In this document: in pieces, positions 10,969 through 22,118 of the stretch
Layout: every line of letters begins with the position of its first letter
How positions within the stretch are numbered: the first letter of the stretch is position 1
DNA from: an uncultured Verrucomicrobiae bacterium
GTDB taxonomy: Bacteria; Verrucomicrobiota; Verrucomicrobiia; Chthoniobacterales; Terrimicrobiaceae
DNA: 64,000 bases
NCBI GenBank assembly: GCA_963706955.1
Contig: CAVPOC010000007.1
Coordinates: forward strand, 50,086 to 114,085
Reading direction: 5' to 3'
Notes under the pieces: generated by a model
Told to the model about the DNA's origin: nothing
What the model saw: only the letters and a program-made list of their open reading frames with translations
Databases searched by the model: none
Program-made: the position numbers and the translations under genes

Positions 10969-11964
10969 ATGCTTAAAATAGCCGTCATCGGAGCTGGTTT
11001 TATCGGCTCGGTCCACGCAAAGAACGTCGCCCGCCATCCTGGGACGCAATTGGTCGCTGTCAGCGATGTAAATTTGGAAGCCGCCAAGAAGCTGGCCGCG
11101 ACGACCGGTGCGAAGGCAGTGGGCGACCCCGCCGAGATCTTCAGCGACAAGGAGGTGGAGGCCGTCTTTATTTGTTCCTTAACAAGCACGCATGTTGACT
11201 TTCTGAAACGATCAGCCGAATCCGGCAAAGCCGTTTACTGCGAAAAGCCGATCGGTTTGGATTACCAGGAAGCGGTCGAGGCGGTGAAGGTCGTTCGAGC
11301 GGCCAAAGTTCCCGCCATGCTAGGCTTCAATCGAAGGTTCGATCCCAACCATGCAGCCCTGCAAGATGAAGTGAGGCGTGGCGAAGTCGGTAAGTTGGAG
11401 ATAATCCAAATGACCTCGCGCGGACCGAGCCTGCCGGCAATTAGCTATCTGGCGACCTCAGGCGGGCAGCTCAAGGACCAAACCATTCATTTTTTCGACC
11501 TTCTGCGGTGGATTACCGGTGATGAAGCAGAAGAGGTGTATGCTATCGGAGCGGCCATGGTAGATCCACGAGTGGCCGAAGTTGGCGATGTCGACACGAG
11601 CATCTTGGCAATTCGAATGGAATCGGGAGCGCTTTGCCAGATCGACTCCGCGAGACGCACCGGCTACGGATACGATGAGCGCATCGAAGTCTTCGGATCA
11701 ACCGGAATGGTGGAGTCGCGACGCCAGCGGGCGCGAGGAGTTTCGCGCTATGTCGGCGACAAAGTCATCGACGATGGTCTGCACGCAGGCTGGTTCGAAA
11801 GAATAGAACAAAGCTACTTTCAAATACTCGACGCCTTCGTCGATGCCCTCGCGAACGGGACAGAACCGAGTCCATCACTCGAGGATGGCTTGAAGGCTCA
11901 GTTGCTGGCGGACAAGGCGACTGAATCTCTCAAAAGCGGCAAGCCGGTAAAGGTTCAGGGATAA
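10969..11964 (+). CDS. iolG: inositol 2-dehydrogenase-like Gfo/Idh/MocA protein
   Basis: MLKIAVIGAGFIG..H, CEKPI, GFNRRFDP, SGG..KDQTIHFFD, YGYDERIEVFG. Start trimmed to ATG 10969. Confidence 0.75.
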   Translation: MLKIAVIGAGFIGSVHAKNVARHPGTQLVAVSDVNLEAAKKLAATTGAKAVGDPAEIFSDKEVEAVFICSLTSTHVDFLKRSAESGKAVYCEKPIGLDYQEAVEAVKVVRAAKVPAMLGFNRRFDPNHAALQDEVRRGEVGKLEIIQMTSRGPSLPAISYLATSGGQLKDQTIHFFDLLRWITGDEAEEVYAIGAAMVDPRVAEVGDVDTSILAIRMESGALCQIDSARRTGYGYDERIEVFGSTGMVESRRQRARGVSRYVGDKVIDDGLHAGWFERIEQSYFQILDAFVDALANGTEPSPSLEDGLKAQLLADKATESLKSGKPVKVQG

Positions 11965-11994
11965 CAGCGAAAGCATTCTCGCGCGCAGAACAAT

Positions 11995-12955
11995 ATGAAA
12001 TTATGTGCCGTATCGGAGAGTTTGGGGCACCTTGGATTTGAAGAGGCTGCCAAAGTTTCGGCGGAACTCGGACTAGCAGGCTTGGAGATCGGCACCGGTA
12101 ACTGGAATGCCGGTCATCACGTCGATCTTGCAGGCATTGCTGGAAAGCGCTGATGAGAGACGAAAGTTCCTCTCGGTGTTTGAGCGGAACGGCTTGGCGC
12201 TCTCGGCGCTCAATTGCAATGGCAATCAGCTTCACCCCGTGGATGGTGAACGGCAAAGCAAGGTGGTTTACGACACCCTGCGGGCTGCCGAACTGCTCGG
12301 AGTCAAGTCAGTTGTGCTGATGTCCGGCTTGCCAGCCGGCGGACCGAAGGATGTCAGACCGAACTGGGTCACTTGCGCATGGCACCGGGAGAACTTGGAA
12401 ATTCTTGAGTGGCAATGGAACGAAAAGTTACTGCCTTACTGGAGCAAGCTGGCGGCGGCGGCTAAGGACGCCGGTGTGAGGCTTTGCATCGAACTCCACG
12501 GGCATCAACTCGTCTACAACGTTCCCACTTTGCTCAAACTGCGGAAAGAAGTGGGCGATATCGTCGGCACTAATTTGGACCCCAGCCATCTCTTTTGGAT
12601 GGATGCCGATCCACTGGTCGCGATCGACGCACTCGGCGACGCCATTTACCACGTCCATGCAAAGGACACCTTCATGAACAGGCCAGCTCTCGACCTGACG
12701 AGCCGCCTGGAGACCATCCCACACGAGAAGGTCAAGGAGCGCTCCTGGAGCTACATCACTCTTGGTTACGGGCACGATGAAAAATGGTGGCGGGAGTTTT
12801 GCTATCGTCTTCGCCTGAATGGATATGATGGGTGGCTCTCCATCGAACACGAGGACATCGTGCTTTCGCGCATGGATGGGATGCGAAAGTCAGTCGATCT
12901 TCTCAAGCGCACCATGATCGAGGAGAAGAGCGACTACGCGCTGCCCGAAAGCTAA
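11995..12955 (+). CDS. sugar phosphate isomerase/epimerase, TIM barrel (+1 frameshift near 12128)
   Basis: N-terminus MKLCAVSESLGHLGFEEAAK...EIGTGNW..GHHVDL joins ORF 12107..12955 (NGNQLHP, IELHG, NLDPSHL, HVHAKD, SIEHED). Confidence 0.85.
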
Positions 12956-12990
12956 AGCCGATACAAGAGACAGAGCGTCTCAACGCGCCC

Positions 12991-13047
12991 TGTAGCGGCG
13001 ATGTCCTCATCGCCGAGGTCTCCGCCGGTGGGGACACCGCCGCTACA
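12991..13047. repeat. REP doublet (REPIN), family 1 (GTAG-CGGCGGTG-TCCC-CACCGCCG)
   Basis: TGTAG CGGCGATG TCCT CATCGCCG followed by an inverted copy ending CACCGCCG CTACA; lies between convergent genes. Confidence 0.85.
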
Positions 13048-13102
13048 ACAACAAAGCGACGTCTTTCGCAAAGGATCTTGCGGCTGCTTTGCTCGGCAAC
13101 GG

Positions 13103-14146
13103 TCAGCGGACCTCTTGCGGCAGGAGCGGCTGAAGCTTCTTGATGTCTTGGGCTGCGTCGCGATGACAGACCAGCACGGCGTCGGGCGTCTCGATGACGA
13201 TCAGGTTTTCGACACCGCAAAGGGCGATCAACCTGCCGTTGCTCAGCGCGATGTTATTCCGCGACCCCTGCTCGATGACGCCGCCGCGCACCGTATTTCC
13301 CGCTTCATCGCGTCCCAAGTGATCGGGAAGAGCGGTCCAAGAGCCGACATCGTCCCAATCGAAGGCCGCTTTAAAAGCGAGCACTTCGGAGGCTTTTTCC
13401 ATGATCGCGTAGTCGACGGAAATCTTAGGCAACTTGGCAAAGCGTTCCGCTAGATATTTGGTCGCGTCGCCCTGTGGGAAGTCGCGGATAAATTCGGCCA
13501 ACGGAGGAGTAAGTCTCTCCGCTTCGCGCAGGAAGATCTCAGCTCGCCAAATAAACATTCCGGCGTTCCAAGCATATTCGCCGCTCCGATAGTACTTCTC
13601 GGCGGAAGCGAGATCCGGTTTCTCAACAAACCGAATCACTTTGTGAACCGAGTCGCTTCCCTCCCCAAGCTGGAGATATCCGAAGCCGGTCGAAGGATAC
13701 GTCGGGGGGATGGCGAAGGTGATCAAGGCATCTCGCTTCGCCGCCACCTCGGCCGCAGCGGTCAGTTGTTTTTGAAAGACGGGAGTGTTGTGAATGACGG
13801 CGTCGGCTGGAAGCAGAGTGCAAATCGCGTCCTTATCGCGCGCACGGGCAAAGCCAACCGCCAGCGCGCAGGCCGGTGCGGTGTCGCGCTTCTCTGGCTC
13901 TGCGACAATGTTCTCCGGGGGAAGAAAAGGAAGTTCCTTGCGAATGGAATCCACCTGCGTCGCATTGGTCAGAATGAACACCTGATCCCACGGGACCAGG
14001 TTCTCGACTCTGCGAACAGTGGTTTCCAAGAGCGTCCGGTCGCTCAGCAGACGCAAAAGATGCTTGGGCGTTTTCGAACGGCTGAGCGGCCAAAAGCGTT
14101 CTCCGCTCCCGCCAGCGAGAATAAAGGTGAAGAGATGATTGGACAT
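13103..14146 (-). CDS. manC: mannose-1-phosphate guanylyltransferase
   Basis: ILAGGSGERFWPLSR..TPK, EP..RDTAPA, GFGYL, FVEKPD, WNAGMF, ISVDYAIMEK, WDDVGSW; no cupin isomerase domain. Confidence 0.9.
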   Translation of the reverse strand: MSNHLFTFILAGGSGERFWPLSRSKTPKHLLRLLSDRTLLETTVRRVENLVPWDQVFILTNATQVDSIRKELPFLPPENIVAEPEKRDTAPACALAVGFARARDKDAICTLLPADAVIHNTPVFQKQLTAAAEVAAKRDALITFAIPPTYPSTGFGYLQLGEGSDSVHKVIRFVEKPDLASAEKYYRSGEYAWNAGMFIWRAEIFLREAERLTPPLAEFIRDFPQGDATKYLAERFAKLPKISVDYAIMEKASEVLAFKAAFDWDDVGSWTALPDHLGRDEAGNTVRGGVIEQGSRNNIALSNGRLIALCGVENLIVIETPDAVLVCHRDAAQDIKKLQPLLPQEVR

Positions 14147-14230
14147 GACTGTTGCAACTCCGCAAATGATGTTCGTAACGAAATGACAAAGCAAGACTTC
14201 GCTGGCCAGCGGTCTTGTGGATTGCAAAAT

Positions 14231-16820
14231 CTAGGCCGCAAGTGCGTCTCGGGCTCCGCGGAGAGCTTCGAGGCGAGCTGACCATGTTTCTAGCCGCTGG
14301 CGATGCTCGAAGACCACTTCTGGCGGCGCGTTCAGTGTGAAAGACGCCGAGCCCAGTTTCCGTTCGACCTTTTCGATCTCAGCCTGCACCTTGCCCATTT
14401 CGCCCTCCAGCCGGCGACGCTCGGTTGAGGGATCAACCACTCCCTCGAGCGAAAGGTAAAGAATGCCGATGTCGGTGGGGCAAGCTGCTGCATGCGCCGG
14501 TCGTTGCTCGACCAAGGTAATCGACTCCGCATTCAAGAGCACCCCAAGCACGGCGACCTCGCTTTTCACCCAATCCTCGCTCGACTCGAGCAGCCAACGC
14601 AGCCGCTTACTCGAAGGCAAATTGAACGTGGCGCGGAGTGTGCGAGCCGTCACCACCGCGCGCGATAGCTCCACTGCTTTCGACTCCGCTCCGATACTTC
14701 TCGCGCCAGGCCACTGTGCAAATTGAATGGTCTCGGATCCGAAGCCCATCCCGTGCCACAGTTCTTCGGTGAGAAAAGGAGTGAACGGGTGGAGCAACAA
14801 CAGAATGCGCTTGAGGGCGTAATCCATTGTCGCAAGTGTTCCAGCTTTGCGGACGGAATTATTTAAATCCGCCTTGGCAGCTTCGATAAACCAATCGCAG
14901 AATTGCGCCCAAACAAGATCGTAGAGAGCCTGCGCGATGTCGCTGAAGCGGTAATCCGCATATCCCGATTCGATGCGAGAGACCGTTGCCTCCAGTTTAA
15001 AGAGAAGGTCCTTGGCGAAGAGCGACAATTCGTGGCGAAACGGGTCGGCTTCCGGATCAACTGGCCCCTGGAGAAGCCGAAAGCGGCAGGCGTTCCACAG
15101 CTTGTTGCAAAAATTGCGTCCTTCGACGATCTGCTGCTCGTCGAAGCGGATGTCCTGACCTTGCGGTGCGATGCGCATCAGCCCGAACCGCAATCCGTCG
15201 GCCCCATATTTTGTAATCAAGTCCAGCGGGTCCGGCGAGTTGCCGAGGCTCTTGGACATCTTGCGCCCCTGCTTATCACGTATTATTCCGGTGAAGGACA
15301 CGTGATGAAAAGGGACTTCGCCCGTATACTCCAAAGCGGCCATGATCATCCGCGCCACCCAGAAGAAGATGATGTCCGGGCCAGTGACGAGCGCGCTCGT
15401 CGGATAGAACTTTTTGCGAGTAGGTTCGTCCATGGTCTCGTGCGCCCAGAGCCACGAAGAAAACCAAGTGTCGAGCACATCCGGATCCTGAATCCATCCC
15501 TCGCCAGGGGACTCAATCTGGCACTCCACGCATGTGGTCCCCCTCACCTTCCTTGTACCAGACGGGAATGCGGTGGCCCCACCAGAGCTGGCGTGAGATG
15601 CACCAATCCTGGATGTTCTCGAGCCAGTGATCGTAGACTTTCTCCCAGCGCTCCGGAAAAAATCGGATGGAGCCGTCACGCAGCGCGGCACGCGCTGGAC
15701 CGGTCTGAGGATATTTTAAAAACCACTGCTCGGAGAGGCGCGGTTCTACGGGAACATCCGCGCGTTCGCTGAAACCCACGTTATTCTCGTATGGTTCCTC
15801 GCGAACCAGAATTCCAAGCTCACGCAATTTTTCCACGGCCTCGACGCGCGCCTCAAAACGGTCGAGACCAGCAAAGTCTTCCCCCGCCAGCTCGTTCATC
15901 GTTCCGTCCGGATTCATGATATCGACGATCGGGAGCGCGTGGCGCAGGCCGATTTCGTAGTCCGTCTTGTCATGCGCGGGAGTCACCTTGAGGACACCGG
16001 TGCCAAACTCGAACTCTACCGCCTCGTCGCCGATGATCGGGAGCAGGGCCTGATTCTCGACAGGGAGTGGACGTCGAATCCTTCCTCCGATCAAGTGGGC
16101 ATAGCGTTGGTCCCTCGGATTCACCGCGACAGCTGTGTCTCCCATGATCGTTTCCGGACGTGTCGTTGCAATCTCGAGAAACACACCCGGCGCTCCGACC
16201 ACCTCGACTTTAAAATAATAGAGATAACCCTTCTGTGCCTTCGGAATCACCTCCTCATCGCTGAGTGCAGTTAACGAGACGGGACACCAATTGACCATTC
16301 TCTTGCCGCGATAGATCAAGCCTTTCCGGTAGAGGTCTACAAACACCTCTTGAACTCGGCGCGCGTAGGCCTCGTCCATAGTAAAACGCTCTCGGCTCCA
16401 ATCGCACGAACAGCCGAGTTTCTTCAGCTGTTCGATGATGATGCCGCCGTGCTTTTCCTTCCACTCCCACACCCGCCGAAGAAACTCCGCGCGTCCGAGA
16501 TCATGTCGCGTTTTTTTTTCTTCCTTGCGAAGTTTCCGCTCTACCACCGTCTGCGTCGCAATGCCGGCGTGGTCGGTGCCCGGCAGCCAGAGGACCTCGT
16601 GTCCCGTCAGACGCGCCCGGCGTGCGAGAATGTCCTGGATAGCATTGTTGAGAACATGCCCGAGGGTGAGCACGCCAGTGACATTCGGGGGCGGAATGAC
16701 AATTGAGTATGCGGGCTTAGTAGAGTAAGGATCAGCCACAAAATGACCCTGCTGCAACCACCAGGCATACCACTTTTCTTCAACGGTCTGGGGTTCGTAG
16801 GCTCTTGCAAGTTCGGACAT
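14231..16820 (-). CDS. valS: valine--tRNA ligase (frameshift near 15530, probably a sequencing error)
   Basis: PPPNVTGVLTLGH, PGTDHAGIATQ, DWCISRQLWWGHRIPVW joined to DPDVLDTWFSS, KMSKSLGN and a C-terminal coiled coil. Confidence 0.95.
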
Positions 16821-16917
16821 GAAGCGTTCGATTCTGCGCAAAAACGTCCTGCATTCAACCGGCTTCTATCGTAAATTCAACTTGCAGGTGCCAGAATCCC
16901 GGTCAACTTGCAAGCGC

Positions 16918-18024
16918 GTGCGGAACGTCCTGATCATCTCCGTTTTGTTGTTTTGGGCGGCCTCGTCAGAGGCAAAATGGAATGTCGTCATTCACGATAG
17001 CAGGCGGTACGTGCCGATGGAGGATGTTGCCGCTTTCTACAAGATGAATATGCCGGCGACGAGTACGGATCGATTCCGACTCGAAGCTCCCGGGCGAAGC
17101 ATCGAGGGCGCGGACAATGGTCGCAATGTTTACGTCAACGGCGTCAAATATGCGCTCTGTTTCCCGATCGTATCTCAAGGCGGTCAAACGCTCATTTCAG
17201 CGATGGACGTCGTCAAAATCATCGAACCGATTCTTCGTCCGCAGAAAATCAAGAATGCCGGCCCGGTCCGCACGGTGATTCTCGACGCCGGCCATGGAGG
17301 GATCGACAGCGGAGCCACCGGAGCGCTGGGAAGGGAAAAGGATGCGACACTTGACGTGGTCGTTCGCGCGAAAAAGCTTCTCCAGGAGAATGGCTATCAA
17401 GTGCGCTGCACGCGGCTAACTGATTTCCTGGTTCCCCTGGAGAAACGCGCACAATTCGCCAACCGCCATGCCAACGCTATCTTCGTAAGCGTCCATTTCA
17501 ACAAGAGCAATCGACGCGAGGCGACCGGTTTGGAAACTTACTGTCTCGCACCCCGCGGGGTTCCCTCGATGGATGAAGAGAATTTGAGTTACAGCGACTA
17601 TGTCCAGCATCCTGGCCACGCGAACGATCCCGCCAATGTTGCCCTGGCCACCACTGTTCACGCGGCCCTGGTGCGCAATTTGGGTTTGACCGATCGTGGG
17701 GTGAAACGAGCGCGGTTTGTGGTCATCAAAAACGTCACCATTCCCGGCATTCTCATCGAAGGCGGGTTCATGAGCGGAACGCCGGATGCCCGACTTATTG
17801 CTACGCCCGAATACCGGCAACGCATCGCGCAATGCATCCTGGACGGCGTCAATCGGTACAAAGAAGCCCTTACCAATCAGGCGCTAAAACCGTCTGCGGT
17901 CGTTGCTGCGACCGATCCGACGAGCGTGCCGAACCTCGACCGTGCGGTCGGTACGCAGACCGGAATGGAACCCTCGGTCGCACAAGCTCAGGACGCTCTC
18001 CAATCTTCTGGCAGCGGCAACTAA
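16918..18024 (+). CDS. N-acetylmuramoyl-L-alanine amidase (Amidase_3)
   Basis: Signal peptide, LDAGHGGIDSGA, EKD..L, FVSVHFN, GLETY, ILIEGGFM. Start GTG 16918 inferred. Confidence 0.9.
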   Translation: MRNVLIISVLLFWAASSEAKWNVVIHDSRRYVPMEDVAAFYKMNMPATSTDRFRLEAPGRSIEGADNGRNVYVNGVKYALCFPIVSQGGQTLISAMDVVKIIEPILRPQKIKNAGPVRTVILDAGHGGIDSGATGALGREKDATLDVVVRAKKLLQENGYQVRCTRLTDFLVPLEKRAQFANRHANAIFVSVHFNKSNRREATGLETYCLAPRGVPSMDEENLSYSDYVQHPGHANDPANVALATTVHAALVRNLGLTDRGVKRARFVVIKNVTIPGILIEGGFMSGTPDARLIATPEYRQRIAQCILDGVNRYKEALTNQALKPSAVVAATDPTSVPNLDRAVGTQTGMEPSVAQAQDALQSSGSGN

Positions 18025-18159
18025 GATCGATCTGCTGAAAGTTCTGCAGAGGATCGTTCGGCCAGATCTTCATCGTCCTCGTCTGATGCCCTAGAGGGTC
18101 GGCGGCGGCTTGCGATTGGAAGCGAGGTTCCTTACGCTGCACGATCGCACTAGATTTCC

Positions 18160-18990
18160 ATGGACACCGACGCTCCTTCCGACCCGAGTCTTGATCCCAT
18201 TGGCGTATTCGATTCGGGAATCGGCGGACTGACGGTGGCGGCGGCGCTGAAGAACCTGCTGCCCTCCGAAGCAATTCTCTATATAGGCGACACCGCCCGC
18301 GTTCCCTATGGAGGCAAGAGCCGGCGAACCGTCGAGCGTTACAGCATTGAAATCGGAGGACTGCTCCTCGCAGAACAAGCAAAGATCATCGTTGTCGCTT
18401 GCAATACTGCCTCCGCGCTGGCTGTGCCTCGCATGAAGGAACTCTTCAAGGTTCCCGTGCAAGGGGTCGTCACCCCTGGTGCTGAAGCCGCTCTACGCGC
18501 CACTCGCAACCGTCGCATCGGTGTGATCGGAACGCGCGCCACAATCGCCAGCGGAGCCTATGAACGCGCCATCCACGCTCTCGATAGAAAAGCGAAGGTT
18601 TTCAGTGAGGCGTGCCCGCTTTTGGTGCCACTGATCGAAGAGGGAATGTTTGACGATCCGATCACCGATCAAGTAATCGATCGCTATCTTAAATCTCTGC
18701 TCGCTGAGGACATCGATACCCTCGTCCTGGGTTGCACGCACTACCCGCTGGCACGCGAAGCGATCGCCAGGGTCGCGGGCGAAAAAATTCATCTGGTCGA
18801 TTCGGCCGAGAATTGCGCCCTGGCGGTCAGGGATCTGCTCACGGAGCAGCGACTGGCCGCACCGGCCGAGCAATTGGGACGACTTGATGTGGCGCTGACC
18901 GATTCAACCGAGGGCTTTCTTCGCACTGCCGAGCGAGCCCTTGAGCTGGATATCGGCGACGTCGAGCTGCGCATGGTCCAGTCAGAATAA
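18160..18990 (+). CDS. murI: glutamate racemase
   Basis: IGVFDSGIGGLTV, DTARVPYG.KS, VACNTAS, LGCTHYP. Confidence 0.96.
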   Translation: MDTDAPSDPSLDPIGVFDSGIGGLTVAAALKNLLPSEAILYIGDTARVPYGGKSRRTVERYSIEIGGLLLAEQAKIIVVACNTASALAVPRMKELFKVPVQGVVTPGAEAALRATRNRRIGVIGTRATIASGAYERAIHALDRKAKVFSEACPLLVPLIEEGMFDDPITDQVIDRYLKSLLAEDIDTLVLGCTHYPLAREAIARVAGEKIHLVDSAENCALAVRDLLTEQRLAAPAEQLGRLDVALTDSTEGFLRTAERALELDIGDVELRMVQSE

Positions 18991-19071
18991 GGCTCGAAAG
19001 CACAGAAAATTCCCGGGTCGCCTGGGCGCTCGCTATGGACAACACGCGTTGGCGATGCCAAAATTCGGATC

Positions 19072-20163
19072 ATGGAAGCCAGTGTGGCCGAAAAGGACGT
19101 TGTGGATCGAGTCCTCGATGGGGAGAGAATTTCTCGAGATGACGCCCGGGCGCTCTACCAATTGCCCTTGCAGGAACTCGGGGCGCTCGCTGACTTCCGC
19201 CGTTCCGCTGTCAAGGACAGCGCCTACGATGGTCGCGGTGCGGAGATTGTCACCTACATTGTTGATCGCAACATCAACTACACAAACGTTTGCAACGTCT
19301 ACTGCAAATTCTGCGCCTTTTACAGAACCGAACGGGACGAGGATCATTACGTTCTCAGCATCGAGCAGATTGACCAGAAGCTCGATGAACTCGCGGCTGA
19401 GGGAGGTGTGCAGGTGCTTCTTCAGGGGGGCCACCATCCAAAATTGGGCATCGACTTCTATCTGGAGATGCTTTCGCACATCCGCGCGAAATATCCGCAA
19501 ATCAACATTCATGGGTTCAGCCCTCCGGAGTTCAACCACTTTTCGCAGGTTTTTCGGATGCCCCTCCGTGAAGTGATCGCTCGATTTCAGGAGGCTGGTT
19601 TAGGTTCGATCCCTGGCGGCGGTGGCGAGATCCTGGTGGACCGGGTCCGCGATCGAATCGCTCCTCTCAAGTGTAAGACCGATCAATGGCTGGAGGTGAT
19701 GCGTATTGGCCATGAACTTGGCCTGCGCTCGAGCGCGACGATGATGTTCGGCCATGTCGAGAGTGTCGACGACCGAATCGAACACCTTCAGCGCCTGCGA
19801 GACACACAGGATGAAACCGGCGGCTTTACCGCCTTTATCTGCTGGACTTTCCAGCCCGAGAACACCCGATTGAAAGCCGAGACCGTTACATCCGCAGAGT
19901 ATTTGCGGATGCAAGCTCTCTCGCGCATCTTTCTGGATAACTTCGAGAACGTGCAGAGTTCCTGGGTGACACAGGGACCGAAGATCGGCCAGATTGCGCT
20001 GAAGTTTGGAGCCAACGACTTCGGCAGCGTGATGATGGAGGAGAACGTAGTCTCAAGTGCTGGCACTACCTTCCGCCTCAATGCCGGAGATATCGAGCAC
20101 CTTATTCGCGAGGCCGGTTATCAGCCGCATCGCCGCAGCACCTGGTATCAGCTGCTCAACTAG
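19072..20163 (+). CDS. mqnC: cyclic dehypoxanthine futalosine synthase (radical SAM, futalosine menaquinone pathway)
   Basis: VTYIVDRNINYTNVC...CKFCAFYR, LLQGGHHP, GANDFGSVMMEENVVS.AG. Confidence 0.92.
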   Translation: MEASVAEKDVVDRVLDGERISRDDARALYQLPLQELGALADFRRSAVKDSAYDGRGAEIVTYIVDRNINYTNVCNVYCKFCAFYRTERDEDHYVLSIEQIDQKLDELAAEGGVQVLLQGGHHPKLGIDFYLEMLSHIRAKYPQINIHGFSPPEFNHFSQVFRMPLREVIARFQEAGLGSIPGGGGEILVDRVRDRIAPLKCKTDQWLEVMRIGHELGLRSSATMMFGHVESVDDRIEHLQRLRDTQDETGGFTAFICWTFQPENTRLKAETVTSAEYLRMQALSRIFLDNFENVQSSWVTQGPKIGQIALKFGANDFGSVMMEENVVSSAGTTFRLNAGDIEHLIREAGYQPHRRSTWYQLLN

Positions 20164-20208
20164 AGTGGTTCTCCTCGAAAACGTCCTAGTAAGTTGGACG
20201 GCTGTTGC

Positions 20209-20325
20209 TGTAGCGGCGGTGTCCCCACCGCCGAGGGAGCTATCAACGAGGCGCTCCAAAGGCCCTCGGCGATGGGGACATCGCCGCTACAGAGAGCCCT
20301 CGACGGTGGGGACACCGTCGCGACA
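20209..20325. repeat. three family-1 REP units (one forward, two inverted)
   Basis: 20209-20233 TGTAGCGGCGGTGTCCCCACCGCCG; 20268-20291 CGGCGATGGGGACATCGCCGCTACA; 20301-20325 CGACGGTGGGGACACCGTCGCGACA. Confidence 0.85.
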
Positions 20326-20372
20326 CATGACGCGACCCTCTCCGCTCTCAAGCGTTACTCTCGGTGCATTGA

Positions 20373-21413
20373 ATGTCTGAGCCCGGACGAAAGACCATCT
20401 CTCAGCTCCGCGCCGAAGCGAGAAATGGCGCCCTGGTGGCGCGGATTCATGCCCAAATCGAAGAGATTGTGCGCAAGGATGCGAGCAATGGAAAACCGTT
20501 CTGGGAGGTGCGAATCCGCGATGCTGCGGATTCCATGACCCTGAAAGCTTGGAGCGACTCTCCAAATTTCAGCACCTGCGAAGGACTCGAACGCGGCATG
20601 CCCGTGGCCATTGAGGGCGAATTTTCTGTGGGAATCTTCGGTCTGGATGCGAAAAGATGGTCAGTTCTGGCGCTCCCTGAAAATGAGGCCCAGGAACTAC
20701 TCCAGGGTGACGAGACCGAGCGGGCGGCAGCTCAAGCCGAGTTCGATTTGATCCAGCAGAAGCTCAACAGTGTGACGGATCCCAGGCTGCGCGCGCTAAC
20801 GGAAGCTTTCCTGGCGGAGTTCGGCTCGCGCTTTCGTCGCGCTGCCGCGGCACGCCGCAACCATCATGCCTTTCGGGGCGGTCTCCTTCGGCATACGGCG
20901 CAGATGATGAGGTGCGCCGATGCCATTTGCGCAGCCTACCCCACTCTTAATCGTGACCTATTGATCGCCGGTGTTCTGGTTCACGACTGCGGTAAGCTCT
21001 GGGAAATGTGCCCGTCGGAAACGAGTTTCGAAATCCCGCGAGATCTTCGTGGCGAGCTCCTCGGACACATCAGCATAGGCATCGAGGTCGTTAACGCGCT
21101 TTGGCGCAAGCTCCCGCTGGAGAACTGGAAAGATCTGACGCCACCTTCAGAGGAAGTTCGGCTTCACCTGCTCCATCTGATCGCCGCCCACCATGGAGAA
21201 CTTCAATTCGGCTCTCCGGTCGAGCCGAAGACGCCTGAAGCTATTGCTCTCCATTTCATAGACAACCTCGACGCGCGGCTGGAGATGATCTTTTCCTCTT
21301 ACCGGCGGCTGGTTGAAGTCGCGCCGGGCGTTTTCGAGCGAGTTCGCGGGCTGAACGTTTCTCCGGTGCGAGCACTTCCCGCCTCTGGTCCGCCGAAGGA
21401 GCAGCCCGGCTAG
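20373..21413 (+). CDS. OB-fold + HD-domain protein (YhaM/Cbf1-like 3'-5' exoribonuclease)
   Basis: N-terminal OB-fold-like region, AAA..NHHAFRGGLL.HT, HDCGK, GELLGHI, AHHG..EFGSP-like motif, P.TPEA..LH.IDNLDA. Confidence 0.85.
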   Translation: MSEPGRKTISQLRAEARNGALVARIHAQIEEIVRKDASNGKPFWEVRIRDAADSMTLKAWSDSPNFSTCEGLERGMPVAIEGEFSVGIFGLDAKRWSVLALPENEAQELLQGDETERAAAQAEFDLIQQKLNSVTDPRLRALTEAFLAEFGSRFRRAAAARRNHHAFRGGLLRHTAQMMRCADAICAAYPTLNRDLLIAGVLVHDCGKLWEMCPSETSFEIPRDLRGELLGHISIGIEVVNALWRKLPLENWKDLTPPSEEVRLHLLHLIAAHHGELQFGSPVEPKTPEAIALHFIDNLDARLEMIFSSYRRLVEVAPGVFERVRGLNVSPVRALPASGPPKEQPG

Positions 21414-22114
21414 CCAGCTTTCCGATCCGCCATGGAAAGAAAACGCGCCGCCATTACGACCAATAGCGACACAGGGAGAAGCAAAACGCCCGCTCGGAAG
21501 GCAAGCAACCCGGCGCTGCCCGATAAAGCGCCCAGGAGATAGCACAGCCAGAGCCGGGCGGCACGGCCGGCTGTGCGGCTGTCCGCTCCGCTTTCCTCGC
21601 GGCTGATGACAGCCAAGGCCACCGACTTCGCTAGAGTATCAAGCACCCCCGTGATGTAGGTGCTTGGAAATGCCGAGCGGCCAACTTCGCGCAGCGTGGC
21701 ATTCTGCAAACCCATGGCCAGAAGGGGCAGCGCCGCAAATCCAAAATAGGCCAAAGAGTTGCGCTCGGGAGAACCGTCCCGAGCGAAGAGCAAAGCGAAC
21801 AGCGCGAGTAAGAGCGCCTCAATCAATAGAATCGATGCACAACGCCGATAAGTAGGAGCACGCAAGATCCAGAGATAACCGGCGAAAAGCCCGACCAGAA
21901 AGAGAGGCACAGCGAAGAGATGCGGCAACCCTGTCCGCCAATCGCCATGACCAAAGGCAGCTCCAAGTGCGGCGCTATTGCCACTCATGTGCGAGACAAA
22001 AAGCCCACCGAGAGTCAAAACGCCAATCGCGTCAATGCATCCGCCAACGCCCGAGAGGAAAAAGGCCTCGGTGGCTGCGAACACCGGTGCATGGCTGCCT
22101 CTTGTCGCAGACAT
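21410..22114 (-). CDS. YoaK/DUF1275 family membrane protein
   Basis: G..DAIG.L.LGGLFVSHMSGN, AMGLQNA, TYITG; hydrophobic. Confidence 0.85.
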   Translation of the reverse strand: MSATRGSHAPVFAATEAFFLSGVGGCIDAIGVLTLGGLFVSHMSGNSAALGAAFGHGDWRTGLPHLFAVPLFLVGLFAGYLWILRAPTYRRCASILLIEALLLALFALLFARDGSPERNSLAYFGFAALPLLAMGLQNATLREVGRSAFPSTYITGVLDTLAKSVALAVISREESGADSRTAGRAARLWLCYLLGALSGSAGLLAFRAGVLLLPVSLLVVMAARFLSMADRKAG

Positions 22115-22118
22115 CCGA

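Noticed and set aside
20209..20325. CRISPR array
   Set aside because: Units are in mixed orientation with irregular spacing, only 2-3 per locus, and no cas genes; they fit REPs
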